Source: Anaerolineae bacterium (GTDB lineage Bacteria; Chloroflexota; Anaerolineae; Aggregatilineales; Ch27). Taken from it: 64,000 nt of DNA. The first letter of the stretch is position 1, and every line of letters begins with the position of its first letter. Position numbers and translations under genes: made by a program. Location: NCBI GenBank assembly GCA_013178165.1, contig JABLXG010000001.1, positions 17,605 to 81,604 of the forward strand. The letters are read 5' to 3'. Shown in pieces: positions 19,701 through 28,213 of the stretch. A model generated the notes under the pieces. It was not told the DNA's origin, did not search any database, and saw nothing but the letters and a program-made list of their open reading frames with translations.

Positions 19701-20504
19701 TTCTTGTCCCGAACTGTTGCCTGCCGGCGGGCTGGCAGGCCCGATATGCGTCGGGGCAGGGGCGACTCCCGTTAGGGTGGTCTGCACCCGTGCCGGGAGG
19801 GAGATCGTCTGTCCGGTGATGATCAGCCGGGCATCAGACAGGCAGTTGACCTCCATCAGACGCTGCACCGTAGCGCCGCTCCGGGTCGCCAGCCCTGACA
19901 GTGTATCGCCGGGCTGGATCGTATAGCTGATCCAGCCATCGGGCTGCAGTGTTGCGCACACCGCAGTTGTAGCGTGGGCAGCGATGGTTGGGCTGGCTGT
20001 GACTGTGGCGGTCGGTGTTGGAGATGGCGTTGGGCTGGGCGAGGCTGTTACTGTTGGCGAGGGCGGGACCGTGGGCGTGTGGGTTGGATTGGGCGTTACG
20101 GTTGCTGTGGGAATCAGCGGGGTGCTGGATGGTACAGATGTGAGCGTTGTCTCCTGAAAACCTGGCTGGAGTGTGGTGATCCTGCTGGAGAGGATGATTG
20201 CGAAGACCAGCAGCAGGCTGGCAACCATGGCCAGGGCGGGATAGCGCTGCCAGGTCGGACGCTTCCGGTCTACCTGGCGCAGTGCACGCTCGACCCGGGG
20301 ACGTACACGCTCACGTGCGGCCAGAGTCGCCTGTGTGGAAGCCCGGCTTTGCCTGACCAGCAAGCCCGCAGCCAGCAGCGGGCGCAGTTGCTCCGCATGC
20401 TGTGGGTGGCGACGCAGGCATTCCTCCAGCGTATAGCCCGCATTTAGCAGGCTGATGCAGTCATCCAGGGCGTTGAGAAAATCGGCTTCGTTCACGCTAG
20501 TCAT
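19611..20504 (-). CDS. Putative anti-sigma factor: cytoplasmic N-domain, TM helix, Pro/Thr linker, LysM, Asn/Asp-rich tail
   Basis: Overlaps the ECF sigma stop. N-terminus LDDCISLL..G.TLEECLRRHPQHAEQLRPLL; TM ALAMVASLLLVFAIIL; LysM YTIQPGDTLSGLA...NCL..ARLIITGQTISLP. Confidence 0.7.
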   Translation of the reverse strand: MTSVNEADFLNALDDCISLLNAGYTLEECLRRHPQHAEQLRPLLAAGLLVRQSRASTQATLAARERVRPRVERALRQVDRKRPTWQRYPALAMVASLLLVFAIILSSRITTLQPGFQETTLTSVPSSTPLIPTATVTPNPTHTPTVPPSPTVTASPSPTPSPTPTATVTASPTIAAHATTAVCATLQPDGWISYTIQPGDTLSGLATRSGATVQRLMEVNCLSDARLIITGQTISLPARVQTTLTGVAPAPTHIGPASPPAGNSSGQETNSNDNEDNPDNDNDTDDDNTNDNDSADD

Positions 20505-21069
20505 CCCGTTCCTGGGCCATCAGCGCAGCGCGCAGATTGCTGGCGGCGCGGAACTGCAGCGATTTGATGGCGCTGATGCTGCGGCCCATCACAGCAGCAG
20601 TATCCTCAAGACTGAGCATCTGGCCGAAGCGTAAGATCAGGACTTCCTGCTGATCAGTGGGTAGCGCCTGCAGTGCCCGGTGAATTTGCTGGCTGTCAGC
20701 GCTGGCGAAGAAGCGGGCTTCTGGATCGCTGTCTGGCTGGGCCGGGATCCATTCCTCAAGCGCGGTTATCGCCAGCTGCCTCTCACGCCCGTAGTGGTCA
20801 TACAGAACATTGCGGGCAACCCGAAATAGCCACCCGCGCAGACTGTGCCGGGGAGCGTTGCCGCCCTGCAGAGCGGCGATGAGCTTCAGAAACACCTCGG
20901 CAGACAAATCCTCTGCCAGCGTGTCATCCTCAACGCGCATTCTGATGAACTGGAAGATCGCTTCGAAGTAGCGATCGTAGATTTCGGTGATGGCATCTCT
21001 GTCACCATGGCATGCTAGCGCCAGGAGCCTGTCTTCAGTTGGAAGGTCGGGTAGCACGAGCATGATCAT
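20497..21069 (-). CDS. ECF sigma factor, BldN-like; start uncertain (21063, 21069 or 21171)
   Basis: Region 2 GDRDAITEIYDRY...AEDLSAEVF...GWLFRVARN; region 4 QQEVLILRF..S.EDTAAVMGRSISAIKSLQFRA. Confidence 0.9.
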   Translation of the reverse strand: MIMLVLPDLPTEDRLLALACHGDRDAITEIYDRYFEAIFQFIRMRVEDDTLAEDLSAEVFLKLIAALQGGNAPRHSLRGWLFRVARNVLYDHYGRERQLAITALEEWIPAQPDSDPEARFFASADSQQIHRALQALPTDQQEVLILRFGQMLSLEDTAAVMGRSISAIKSLQFRAASNLRAALMAQERDD

Positions 21070-21181
21070 GGCGTTCTGATCCGGGGCGGTTGTCGCCGCG
21101 AATGACTCGGCGTTTCCCCAGTGTAATCTGCCTTGGGGGTGGGCGCTACCGGGATTCACTACTGACAGCATGGCCCGATGC

Positions 21182-22702
21182 TCATGGTTGCATGCTACCG
21201 ACAATGCCTGCCGGAAGTACTTCCCAGACATAGCTGTAGGCATCTCGGTAGACCAGCCTCAGGCCCGGATCCGTTTCGGCTCGAGCCGCAAAATCATGGT
21301 GGTCGGTGTCACTGACGACATAAGCTGCGCCGAATTCCAGGTGGATCGCGGTAGATGGCTGCTCAACCTGGCCACGGGTGATTGCCACCCAGGAGTCCCA
21401 GAGCTGTCGATTGGCACGCTCAAGGTAGGTTGGATCCAGACCGACCAAGTAGGTGTTGTGGGTATTGTGGTAGAAAAGGTGGGTGAAATCATCCCAGTCG
21501 GTCTGGAAGATCAGCGCTCCGGGTGAAGAGTGCTCGGCCAGCCACGCCGCCGCGCCCGCATGGGTCGCCGGGTCGCGGACATCCTCCAGTGACCGGTGCA
21601 CAGCAGCCACAGTCATGCTGATCGCCAGCGCTGCGCCAGCCAGTGCTATGCCGCCTGCTAAGCGGAGAACCACCGTCAGGTCAGGCAGCCAGTCGCGCAG
21701 AGCGACGCTGCCCCTTCCCCAGCTGGCTGCTGCAAACAACAGGGCAAATGCCGGATAGTACTCGATGAACCGCCGCGAACGGAAGAGCATCGCCAGGGCT
21801 AACAGGGCCACGAACAACAGGGTTGTTTCCACACGGTCGCGCCGCCCGCCGAAGCTTGGCCGCAACAGCCCCAGAACCAGCGCCAGCAAGGCCCCCGCCG
21901 AGTTCTCCAGTAACGTGGCGGTCTGGTAGGGATACCACTCGTTGCCCACACGGATGCCCGTTTCAAAGGCTACTTTGGCGCCAAGATGTTCTGCAATGAA
22001 GACGATGTTACGCGGGAAATAGGGGTTAATCACAAGTCCCAGCCCGATGCCGGCTACGGTATAGACCACCGGGCGGGCATCCCAGTGGCGGTCGGCAACC
22101 CAATCGGCCAGGACGGCTAACGCGGCAAATGCCATGAGCAGGATGAAGCCGTCGTACAGCCAGGTGTAGGCAAAGGCGATAACCAGCAGCCATTGGTAAC
22201 GCCGCCGGAAAATCACGTGCAGCCCCAGGATCAGCAGCAACAGAGATGCGCCCTGCGTGCGGATCATCAACAGCCGGTGCAGGAAAGGGACCGACAACCC
22301 GAACAACGCAAAGGCCCATAGCGCCGCGTGGCGTGTCCCGATGTCACGCAACAGCGCCCAGCCGGCTGTGAACGTTCCCGCCACGATCAGGGCTTGAGCT
22401 ACTTTGGCGCCGGTCATGCCGCCCAGCGCGACCCAGGGCGCCAGAAACAGATGATAGAGCAGGTGGTGATCCACGAATCGGTCGGGACTGAGGATAGTCT
22501 GTGGCAGCCAGACGAAATCCAGAGCCAGACGGCGTTGGGTGATGATCTCCCCTGAAATCCGGGCGTGGTAGTAATCATCCGTGCCAGGGAAGCCCAGTGT
22601 AGCCAGCAGCAGGGCGGCAGACAGAGCAAAGCAGAGCAGGAAGAACAGGGTACCCTGCATGGTCACGGCTAAGCGTTGAGGGAGCGATCGAGCCTGCAGC
22701 AT
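21182..22702 (-). CDS. Polytopic membrane glycosyltransferase (GT-C-like)
   Basis: About 11-12 TM helices; first-loop acidic motif GTDDYYH; C-terminal soluble domain with YVVSD. Confidence 0.65.
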   Translation of the reverse strand: MLQARSLPQRLAVTMQGTLFFLLCFALSAALLLATLGFPGTDDYYHARISGEIITQRRLALDFVWLPQTILSPDRFVDHHLLYHLFLAPWVALGGMTGAKVAQALIVAGTFTAGWALLRDIGTRHAALWAFALFGLSVPFLHRLLMIRTQGASLLLLILGLHVIFRRRYQWLLVIAFAYTWLYDGFILLMAFAALAVLADWVADRHWDARPVVYTVAGIGLGLVINPYFPRNIVFIAEHLGAKVAFETGIRVGNEWYPYQTATLLENSAGALLALVLGLLRPSFGGRRDRVETTLLFVALLALAMLFRSRRFIEYYPAFALLFAAASWGRGSVALRDWLPDLTVVLRLAGGIALAGAALAISMTVAAVHRSLEDVRDPATHAGAAAWLAEHSSPGALIFQTDWDDFTHLFYHNTHNTYLVGLDPTYLERANRQLWDSWVAITRGQVEQPSTAIHLEFGAAYVVSDTDHHDFAARAETDPGLRLVYRDAYSYVWEVLPAGIVGSMQP

Positions 22703-22738
22703 GGGTGCGTGGTCCAAATCTCCGGCGGAACAGGACAG

Positions 22739-22773
22739 GGTGGGTGGAAGGGAACTATTCCCCTCCACCCACC
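22739..22773. other. Strong intergenic stem-loop without a U tract
   Basis: GGTGGGTGGAAGGGA-ACTAT-TCCCCTCCACCCACC, one mismatch, between the DUF5666-LysM and GT-C genes. Confidence 0.55.
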
Positions 22774-22790
22774 AGTGACATTAACTGTGC

Positions 22791-22955
22791 TTAGTCGTCA
22801 TCGGCGTTGTCGGAGTGGTCGTCATTGTCGTTCTCATTGCGATTGTTGTTGTGATCGTCGCCCTGGTTGTCGTTCGAACTCGTGTTGTCATCATTGTTGT
22901 TGTCATCATTGTTATCGTTCCAGTTGTCGTTATCCCGGTTGTCATTGTTGTCATT
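22791..22955. repeat. Imperfect trinucleotide repeat encoding an Asn/Asp tail (a second tract lies near 23161-23245)
   Basis: Encodes NDNNDNRDNDNWNDNNDDNNNDDN...DNADDD. Confidence 0.75.
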
Positions 22956-24005
22956 CGTGAGGTTCCCGGTTGGCTGGCGGGGGACAAAGAGCTGCTGACC
23001 GACCCGGATGAGACGCGTATTGGTGATGCAGTTGGCGGCAACCAACTCACTTATTGTGCTACCAGCACCTCTGGCAATTGCGGAGAGCGTATCGCCACGG
23101 CGGATGGTGTAGGTTGTCCAGCCGGCGGGCTGAGTCACGACGCAACTACCTGACGCGCTGGTGTTTGAGTTCGTGTTGCGATTGCTGCTGTTGTCATTGT
23201 TATTGTCATTGCTGTTGTCCGGGCTGCTACCCTCGTTGTCGTTAAAGAGGCTGCGCGCCCGCTCGATTTCACGGGCTATCAGCTGGCCATCGCGAAGGGT
23301 CAACTCAAGTTTGACGAGCGTCCCGATCATGAGGATATCGTCCACTTCAGCAGTACGAATGTCGATCGTCTGACCGCCGACAACCACAAAACCATCACCG
23401 ATGTCTTCAAGGGTGCCAACGATCTTGAACTGCCTGCCCTGCAGAAGCTCAGGACTGTCTTCCTGTGACTGTGAGCCGCTGCTACCGGAGGTCGGACTGT
23501 CTTCACTCGCAGGGAGATAAGGCTCAATTTCACGGGCGACCCAGCCCTGGCCTGCCTGTATAAAAGCGTGCAACCTGACCAGTCTGCCGACGGTAATACC
23601 ATTCTTGATCTCAGCGCCAGCCAGGCTTACCGCCAAGCCATTGATCACGGCTTGACTCTGTGCCAGCGATTCGAGGGTTCCAACTAGCTCAAGTTCGCCT
23701 GGCTGCAGAAGCCCTGCTGGTGCGGCATGTACCTGACGGGCCTGAATGATGCTATCAGGCAGGAGAATGCCCTCGACATGGACTGCCTGATTGAGCGCCA
23801 GAGGGGTTGAAATCTCGGCTATACTGGTGTCGACAATCAAACCGTTGACGGTAATCGTGTACAGGGTCATTGCCTCTACTGTGCCCAGAATCTCGATGCT
23901 GTTGGCACGCTCGTCATTCTGAGCATAAGCCCCCTGTACGCCGAGGAATGCGATCAGCAGCACTCCCAGAACAGGTACCAGACGGCGGAAGAAAGTGGAA
24001 ACCAT
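22791..24005 (-). CDS. Secreted protein with three DUF5666-like repeats, LysM and Asn/Asp-rich tracts
   Basis: AGGAGG RBS and signal peptide. Repeats IEILGTVE..., LELVGTLE... and FKIVGTLE... each end in A(R)(Q/E)(V/I). LysM YTIRRGDTLSAIA. Confidence 0.75.
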   Translation of the reverse strand: MVSTFFRRLVPVLGVLLIAFLGVQGAYAQNDERANSIEILGTVEAMTLYTITVNGLIVDTSIAEISTPLALNQAVHVEGILLPDSIIQARQVHAAPAGLLQPGELELVGTLESLAQSQAVINGLAVSLAGAEIKNGITVGRLVRLHAFIQAGQGWVAREIEPYLPASEDSPTSGSSGSQSQEDSPELLQGRQFKIVGTLEDIGDGFVVVGGQTIDIRTAEVDDILMIGTLVKLELTLRDGQLIAREIERARSLFNDNEGSSPDNSNDNNNDNSSNRNTNSNTSASGSCVVTQPAGWTTYTIRRGDTLSAIARGAGSTISELVAANCITNTRLIRVGQQLFVPRQPTGNLTNDNNDNRDNDNWNDNNDDNNNDDNTSSNDNQGDDHNNNRNENDNDDHSDNADDD

Positions 24006-24171
24006 GTGGACCTCCTGTAAGGTTCTCCAAGACAAGTGTGATGGCATAGTCACTATTTCCGATAATACCGACTTAAAAAATAGGAAAAGGTTGCGCAGAA
24101 AAACGGTGGGACTTTAGTCCTGCTGGCAGGCAGGGGAACAAACCCGTTTGTTGGAATGCAGGGGGAATCAC

Positions 24172-24203
24172 GAGGGCCGGCTGCTGCGGTAGCACCGGCC
24201 CTC
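24172..24203 (-). terminator. Hairpin immediately 3' of tRNA-Phe (terminator or processing signal)
   Basis: GAGGGCCGG...CCGGCCCTC 9-bp stem with an inner TGCT/AGCA pair; no clear U tract. Confidence 0.5.
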
Positions 24204-24205
24204 TG

Positions 24206-24278
24206 TGCCGAGGCCCAGACTTGAACTGGGGACCCCTTGATTTTCAGTCAAGTGCTCTACCAACTGAGCTACCTCGGC
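24206..24278 (-). tRNA. trnF: tRNA-Phe (GAA), CCA not encoded
   Basis: GCCGAGGTAGCTCAGTTGGTAGAGCACTTGACTGAAAATCAAGGGGTCCCCAGTTCAAGTCTGGGCCTCGGCA: 7-bp acceptor stem, CTTGA/TCAAG anticodon stem around GAA, TTCAA T-loop. Confidence 0.96.
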
Positions 24279-24291
24279 TTGAGATGCCTGT

Positions 24292-24319
24292 ATTTTAGCG
24301 ATTCCCTTCAGGATGTCAA
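24292..24319 (-). promoter_or_regulatory. tRNA promoter
   Basis: TTGACA (24319-24314), a 16 nt spacer and TAAAAT (24297-24292). Confidence 0.75.
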
Positions 24320-24377
24320 TCGTGAATTAGCCTGTTTTCCGGTGTGTACCAGGTCAGGCAGGAAGCCTTGGCCGGTA

Positions 24378-24386
24378 TGCTATAAT
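24378..24386 (+). promoter_or_regulatory. Extended -10 promoter for the receiver/TPR cluster
   Basis: TG-C-TATAAT, divergent from the tRNA. Confidence 0.6.
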
Positions 24387-24446
24387 GAGGCCGTGCTGGC
24401 TGCCATTGTCATCCTGTTCTATTCTGCCCCGGCCAGTGCGTAAGCT

Positions 24447-25121
24447 GTGAGGCAAGCGGTGATAGTCTGGTCTGGCTGGGGAAGCGATGGTACGCCCCGT
24501 TGCGTGCAGGGAGAGTCCGCTGCTGGTTCCGCAAAGGCCAGCACCTTCGCCGCCGAGTCAGGTGATTGGAGCGCGCCGGAGGAAAGCCCGCAGCCACTGC
24601 CAGACGCCGAATCTCTGGAACTGGATCGGCAGCCCCGAATGGCGCTTGCCGTTGTTGCTCAACTCGACCTGGCGAAGATGATCGCCGAGGCACTGGACCG
24701 GCTCCACCTGCAGGTGTTGCAGGAACCGCAGGCCGATCGGGCGTTGCAGGCGGTCAGCACGCGGTGCTTTGACCTTGTTCTCGTGGATGTCGATCTCCAG
24801 CCAGATGGCTGGAAGATGGTGCAGGCGATTCGCTCGCGCTTGTCTGCACCGCGCTGGCCGCTGATCCTGCTCGCTGCACCCGATACCGTGGTTGACAGCC
24901 AGCACAGAATCCCTACCGAACAGTCTGCCTGTTTGCGCAAACCGGTGACCGTTGATGAGCTGGAGCGCACCGCTGCCGGCATGCTGGGCAACCGGCGATC
25001 GCGCCGGCAACCCGGCAGGGCAGGGAACCGCGTGGAGGGATGCTCAGAAGCCAGGAACAGCCATGCCTGGATCGAGCCGGAAGGGGCCGAGAGCATGACC
25101 AACAGCCTGAAGACCGGGTGA
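24447..25121 (+). CDS. Atypical single receiver-domain protein; start uncertain
   Basis: FDLVLVDVDL, WPLILLA and CLRKPVTVDEL receiver pattern between disordered termini. Confidence 0.6.
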   Translation: MRQAVIVWSGWGSDGTPRCVQGESAAGSAKASTFAAESGDWSAPEESPQPLPDAESLELDRQPRMALAVVAQLDLAKMIAEALDRLHLQVLQEPQADRALQAVSTRCFDLVLVDVDLQPDGWKMVQAIRSRLSAPRWPLILLAAPDTVVDSQHRIPTEQSACLRKPVTVDELERTAAGMLGNRRSRRQPGRAGNRVEGCSEARNSHAWIEPEGAESMTNSLKTG

Positions 25122-25130
25122 TAGCGCGAC

Positions 25131-26426
25131 ATGTCAGGGAAGTTCAGGCAGAGAATCCGCCCAATGCTGTTGACGCTGGTAATGGTGCTTGCGGTGACCG
25201 GGCTGACTGGCAGTGTGCTGATGCCTCAACCGATGCAGCCTGCCCCCCGTGACGGCAGCCCGGCTACCTTCATCTTTGACCTGACGGTCAGCAGGTCTGA
25301 CGGTTGGGACGCCCGGCAGCACGGGGCACTGGCCGGGGCGTACGCTGCTGCCAGCAACGACGCTGCAGCAGTAGCCCATCTGTACGTAGCGGCGGCGGAA
25401 AGCGATGATCCTGCCCTGTGGCGTCAGGTTGCCGATCGTGCGTGGCGGAGTCAGCGCTGGATGCTGGCACGCCAGGCGCTGGAAGCCGTGATTCGTTGGG
25501 CGCCGGAAGACGCCTCCGCCCGTTACCGTCTGGCGGTCTTGCTCCTGCCCTATGATGCGCGGCAGGCCTATGAGCATTTGCGTTACACCCTCGGTGATTC
25601 CGCGCTGGGCGCGCGCGCTGCTTTTCTGCAGGCGGCTGTTACAGAGGCTGCTTCAGATACACCCGCTGATCAGGTGGCCCGGATCGGTATGGCGCTGGCA
25701 GCGCAGGGGCACTGGCCTCAGGCGGAACAGGCTTTCGTCACGGCTATCGCCATGACGCCGGATTACGCCGTTGGTTGGGCATACCTGGGGCTGGCGCGCG
25801 CCCAGCAGGGGAAGAACGCCACGGATGCTTTTGCCAGGGCGCTTGCCTACGCACCCGGTGATGCGGTGGTCTTGCTGTTGCAGGGGCTGGCCTGGCGAGC
25901 GCAGGGCGATCATGAGCGATCGCTTGAAGCGCTGGCCGCGGCGCAGGGGACGGCGCCTGATGACCCGGCCATTGCCGCCGAACTCGGGACGGCCTATCGC
26001 CTGCTGGGGGACCTGGCTTCAGCGGAATACTGGCTGGCGCGGGCCGCGCAACTGGGGGCCGGGCAGCCACAATTCCTCACCAACCTGGCATTCTTTTACG
26101 CTGAGGAGGCATACAATCTGACCGGCAACGGGCTGACAGTGCTGGCGGAAGCTGTAGCCCGTCAGCCAGAGAATGCCGATCTTCAGGCGGCCTACGGCTG
26201 GGCGCTGGTTCAGGCGGGCCAGGTGACCACAGGAGAGGCGGCTTTGCAGACAGCGATGAGCTTGCAGCCGGACTGCCCGCGGGCGCTGTACTATCAGGGC
26301 CTGCTCTACCAGCTGCAAGGGCAGGACGCTCTGGCGGTAGAGACGCTTGCACGCCTGATCGGGCATCCTGAGCCGCAGGGTTGGGATCGTCTGGCCCGGC
26401 GTGTTCTGGCAACGATAGGTTCTTGA
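25131..26426 (+). CDS. Exported TPR-repeat protein
   Basis: N-terminal hydrophobic helix; repeated A...LG.A...G....A..A units. Confidence 0.8.
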   Translation: MSGKFRQRIRPMLLTLVMVLAVTGLTGSVLMPQPMQPAPRDGSPATFIFDLTVSRSDGWDARQHGALAGAYAAASNDAAAVAHLYVAAAESDDPALWRQVADRAWRSQRWMLARQALEAVIRWAPEDASARYRLAVLLLPYDARQAYEHLRYTLGDSALGARAAFLQAAVTEAASDTPADQVARIGMALAAQGHWPQAEQAFVTAIAMTPDYAVGWAYLGLARAQQGKNATDAFARALAYAPGDAVVLLLQGLAWRAQGDHERSLEALAAAQGTAPDDPAIAAELGTAYRLLGDLASAEYWLARAAQLGAGQPQFLTNLAFFYAEEAYNLTGNGLTVLAEAVARQPENADLQAAYGWALVQAGQVTTGEAALQTAMSLQPDCPRALYYQGLLYQLQGQDALAVETLARLIGHPEPQGWDRLARRVLATIGS

Positions 26427-26431
26427 GTCTC

Positions 26432-26875
26432 ATGACACGACAACAGCTGTGGATTCGTGGCGGGATTGGGTGTGTAGCTGTGGTGATCCTGGGTATAGCG
26501 GTGATGCTGCTGCTGGCAGCACCGCCAGACGCACCCGCTGCAACGCGTTTGCAGGCCACGATGGCCCGCGCTCTGGATGCGCGCTATAACCCCGTGGAGC
26601 CAACAGGTATGTTCCCACCCGGAGAACCATTTTACCTATCGGTACGCATTGAGGATGCACCGCCCAACAGTGTAGTTGCAGCGAAGTGGTCGTATAAGGG
26701 GGCGGCGATCACGCAGCAGGAGCAAGCGCTGGGCGGGGAAGAAACGGTCTACGTGATAGGCTTCGAACTGCGCCGTGCTGACGCTGGGTGGCCGGTGGGC
26801 GAATACAGCGTGGAACTGCTGTTAAACGGTCAGCACGCCGGTGACATCCGGTTTTCAGTGGTGCAAACGCCGTGA
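26432..26875 (+). CDS. Membrane-anchored hypothetical beta-sandwich protein
   Basis: N-terminal TM helix; FPPGEPFYLSV...AKWSY...GEYSVELLLNG. Confidence 0.7.
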   Translation: MTRQQLWIRGGIGCVAVVILGIAVMLLLAAPPDAPAATRLQATMARALDARYNPVEPTGMFPPGEPFYLSVRIEDAPPNSVVAAKWSYKGAAITQQEQALGGEETVYVIGFELRRADAGWPVGEYSVELLLNGQHAGDIRFSVVQTP

Positions 26876-26992
26876 TGCGGGGTGGGGCGATGCCCGGCAA
26901 CGTGCTAGAATCCCCGGCGTTGGGCAGCTCCGGCGATCTGGTGTTGGTGCAGCCGGAGGGCGAAGATGCCGACGCGGTAAAGGAGTTGGCTG

Positions 26993-27784
26993 GTGCGCAA
27001 GGGTCTGATACTGGCGCTGGGCGTTATTCTGACTGCCTGCACGGGGGCGATCCCGGTGCCACGGGCGGGCCAATTGCTATACGTGACAACTTTCGATGCC
27101 TACAATGAGGATTGGCAGCTCTATGAGGGCGAACTGGCGGCGCAGGTAGTGAGCCAGGAGGGTAACGCCACGCTCCAGATTGCGGTGGACGCTGCTCAGG
27201 CAGGTGCGTTCACGGTGCTGGACGAGATGTTCGGCGATTTCGATTTGACGGTGCAGGCCAGGCAGGTAGCCGGGCCGGAGGATATTGAAGCCCCCGGCTT
27301 TGGGGTTCTGTTCCGCCATCAGGACAACAACAACTTCTATGCCTTCATGATCAGTGGCGATGGCTATTATCAGGTGATTCGCCGCCGGGATGGCGTGGAC
27401 GAGGAGCTGAGCGATTGGGCGCCTTCCGACGCTATCCGGCAGGGGCAGGCTATCAACCACATCCGGGTGATCGGCCAGGGCGATACCTTCACGTTCTTTA
27501 TCAACGATGTGCAGGTGCCGCTGTGTCTAACTATCTGGAACCCGCTGGCACCCGGTGAGTGCCAGGTGCCCGCTGCTGAAGAAGGCGGTCAGGTTTCCTG
27601 GTCTGCTGATGCGGTCGTGAGTCAGCTGGTGGATGGTTCTTTTGCCCAGGGGCGGATCGGTCTGGGCGCACGGAGTTTTGGGGAACCGGGAATCCGCATT
27701 CACTTTGACAACCTGCTGGTGTGCGGTCCGTATGAAACGCCCGCTGTGCCATTTCGCTGTGAGGAGCTGCCGGCTGGTGCATGA
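26993..27784 (+). CDS. Lipoprotein with DUF1080/concanavalin-like domain
   Basis: Lipobox ILTAC; DFDLTV, GFGVLFR, FYAFMISGDGYY, GRIGLG and FDNL. Confidence 0.7.
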   Translation: MRKGLILALGVILTACTGAIPVPRAGQLLYVTTFDAYNEDWQLYEGELAAQVVSQEGNATLQIAVDAAQAGAFTVLDEMFGDFDLTVQARQVAGPEDIEAPGFGVLFRHQDNNNFYAFMISGDGYYQVIRRRDGVDEELSDWAPSDAIRQGQAINHIRVIGQGDTFTFFINDVQVPLCLTIWNPLAPGECQVPAAEEGGQVSWSADAVVSQLVDGSFAQGRIGLGARSFGEPGIRIHFDNLLVCGPYETPAVPFRCEELPAGA

Positions 27785-28152
27785 CCATCATGGAGTCAAC
27801 ATTAGTGCATCACGAATGTCCCTTCTGCCAGATTGCTGATGGCAGGCTTCCGGCTACCCGCCTCTTCGAGAGCGAGACTGTCCTGGCTTTTGAGGATATC
27901 CATCCTGTAGCGCCGGTGCACGTCTTGGTCATTCCACGGGCGCATATCAGCGATCCCTCTGCTCTGGATGAGACAACAGCGCCGCTGATCGGTGAGTTGT
28001 TCCTGGTGGCCCGGCTGGTGGCTGAGCGGAAGGGTATTGCTGGATCGGGGTACCGGCTGGTGATGAACACAGGCCGGGATGGCGGGCAGTCAGTTTTTCA
28101 CATGCATCTGCATGTGCTGGGTGGTCGGAGGATGTCCTGGCCGCCCGGATAG
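27781..28152 (+). CDS. hit: HIT-family nucleotide hydrolase (HinT-like)
   Basis: CPFC, AFEDIHPVAPVHVLVIP and GGQSVFHMHLHVLGG. Confidence 0.95.
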   Translation: MTIMESTLVHHECPFCQIADGRLPATRLFESETVLAFEDIHPVAPVHVLVIPRAHISDPSALDETTAPLIGELFLVARLVAERKGIAGSGYRLVMNTGRDGGQSVFHMHLHVLGGRRMSWPPG

Positions 28153-28213
28153 GGCTGGCGCAGACACCGGCTATGAATTATCTGATGATGACCCACTAAG
28201 GGGGCAAGAGAGT

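Noticed and set aside
19611-23245. CRISPR-like or satellite repeats
   Set aside because: These are in-frame low-complexity Asn/Asp codons with no repeat-spacer periodicity and no cas genes.
24109-24120. GGACT-TT-AGTCC REP-like palindrome
   Set aside because: Only one short copy noticed, and no associated transposase.
17986-24278. Genomic island integrated at tRNA-Phe
   Set aside because: I saw no duplicated tRNA 3' end, no integrase and no obvious compositional shift.
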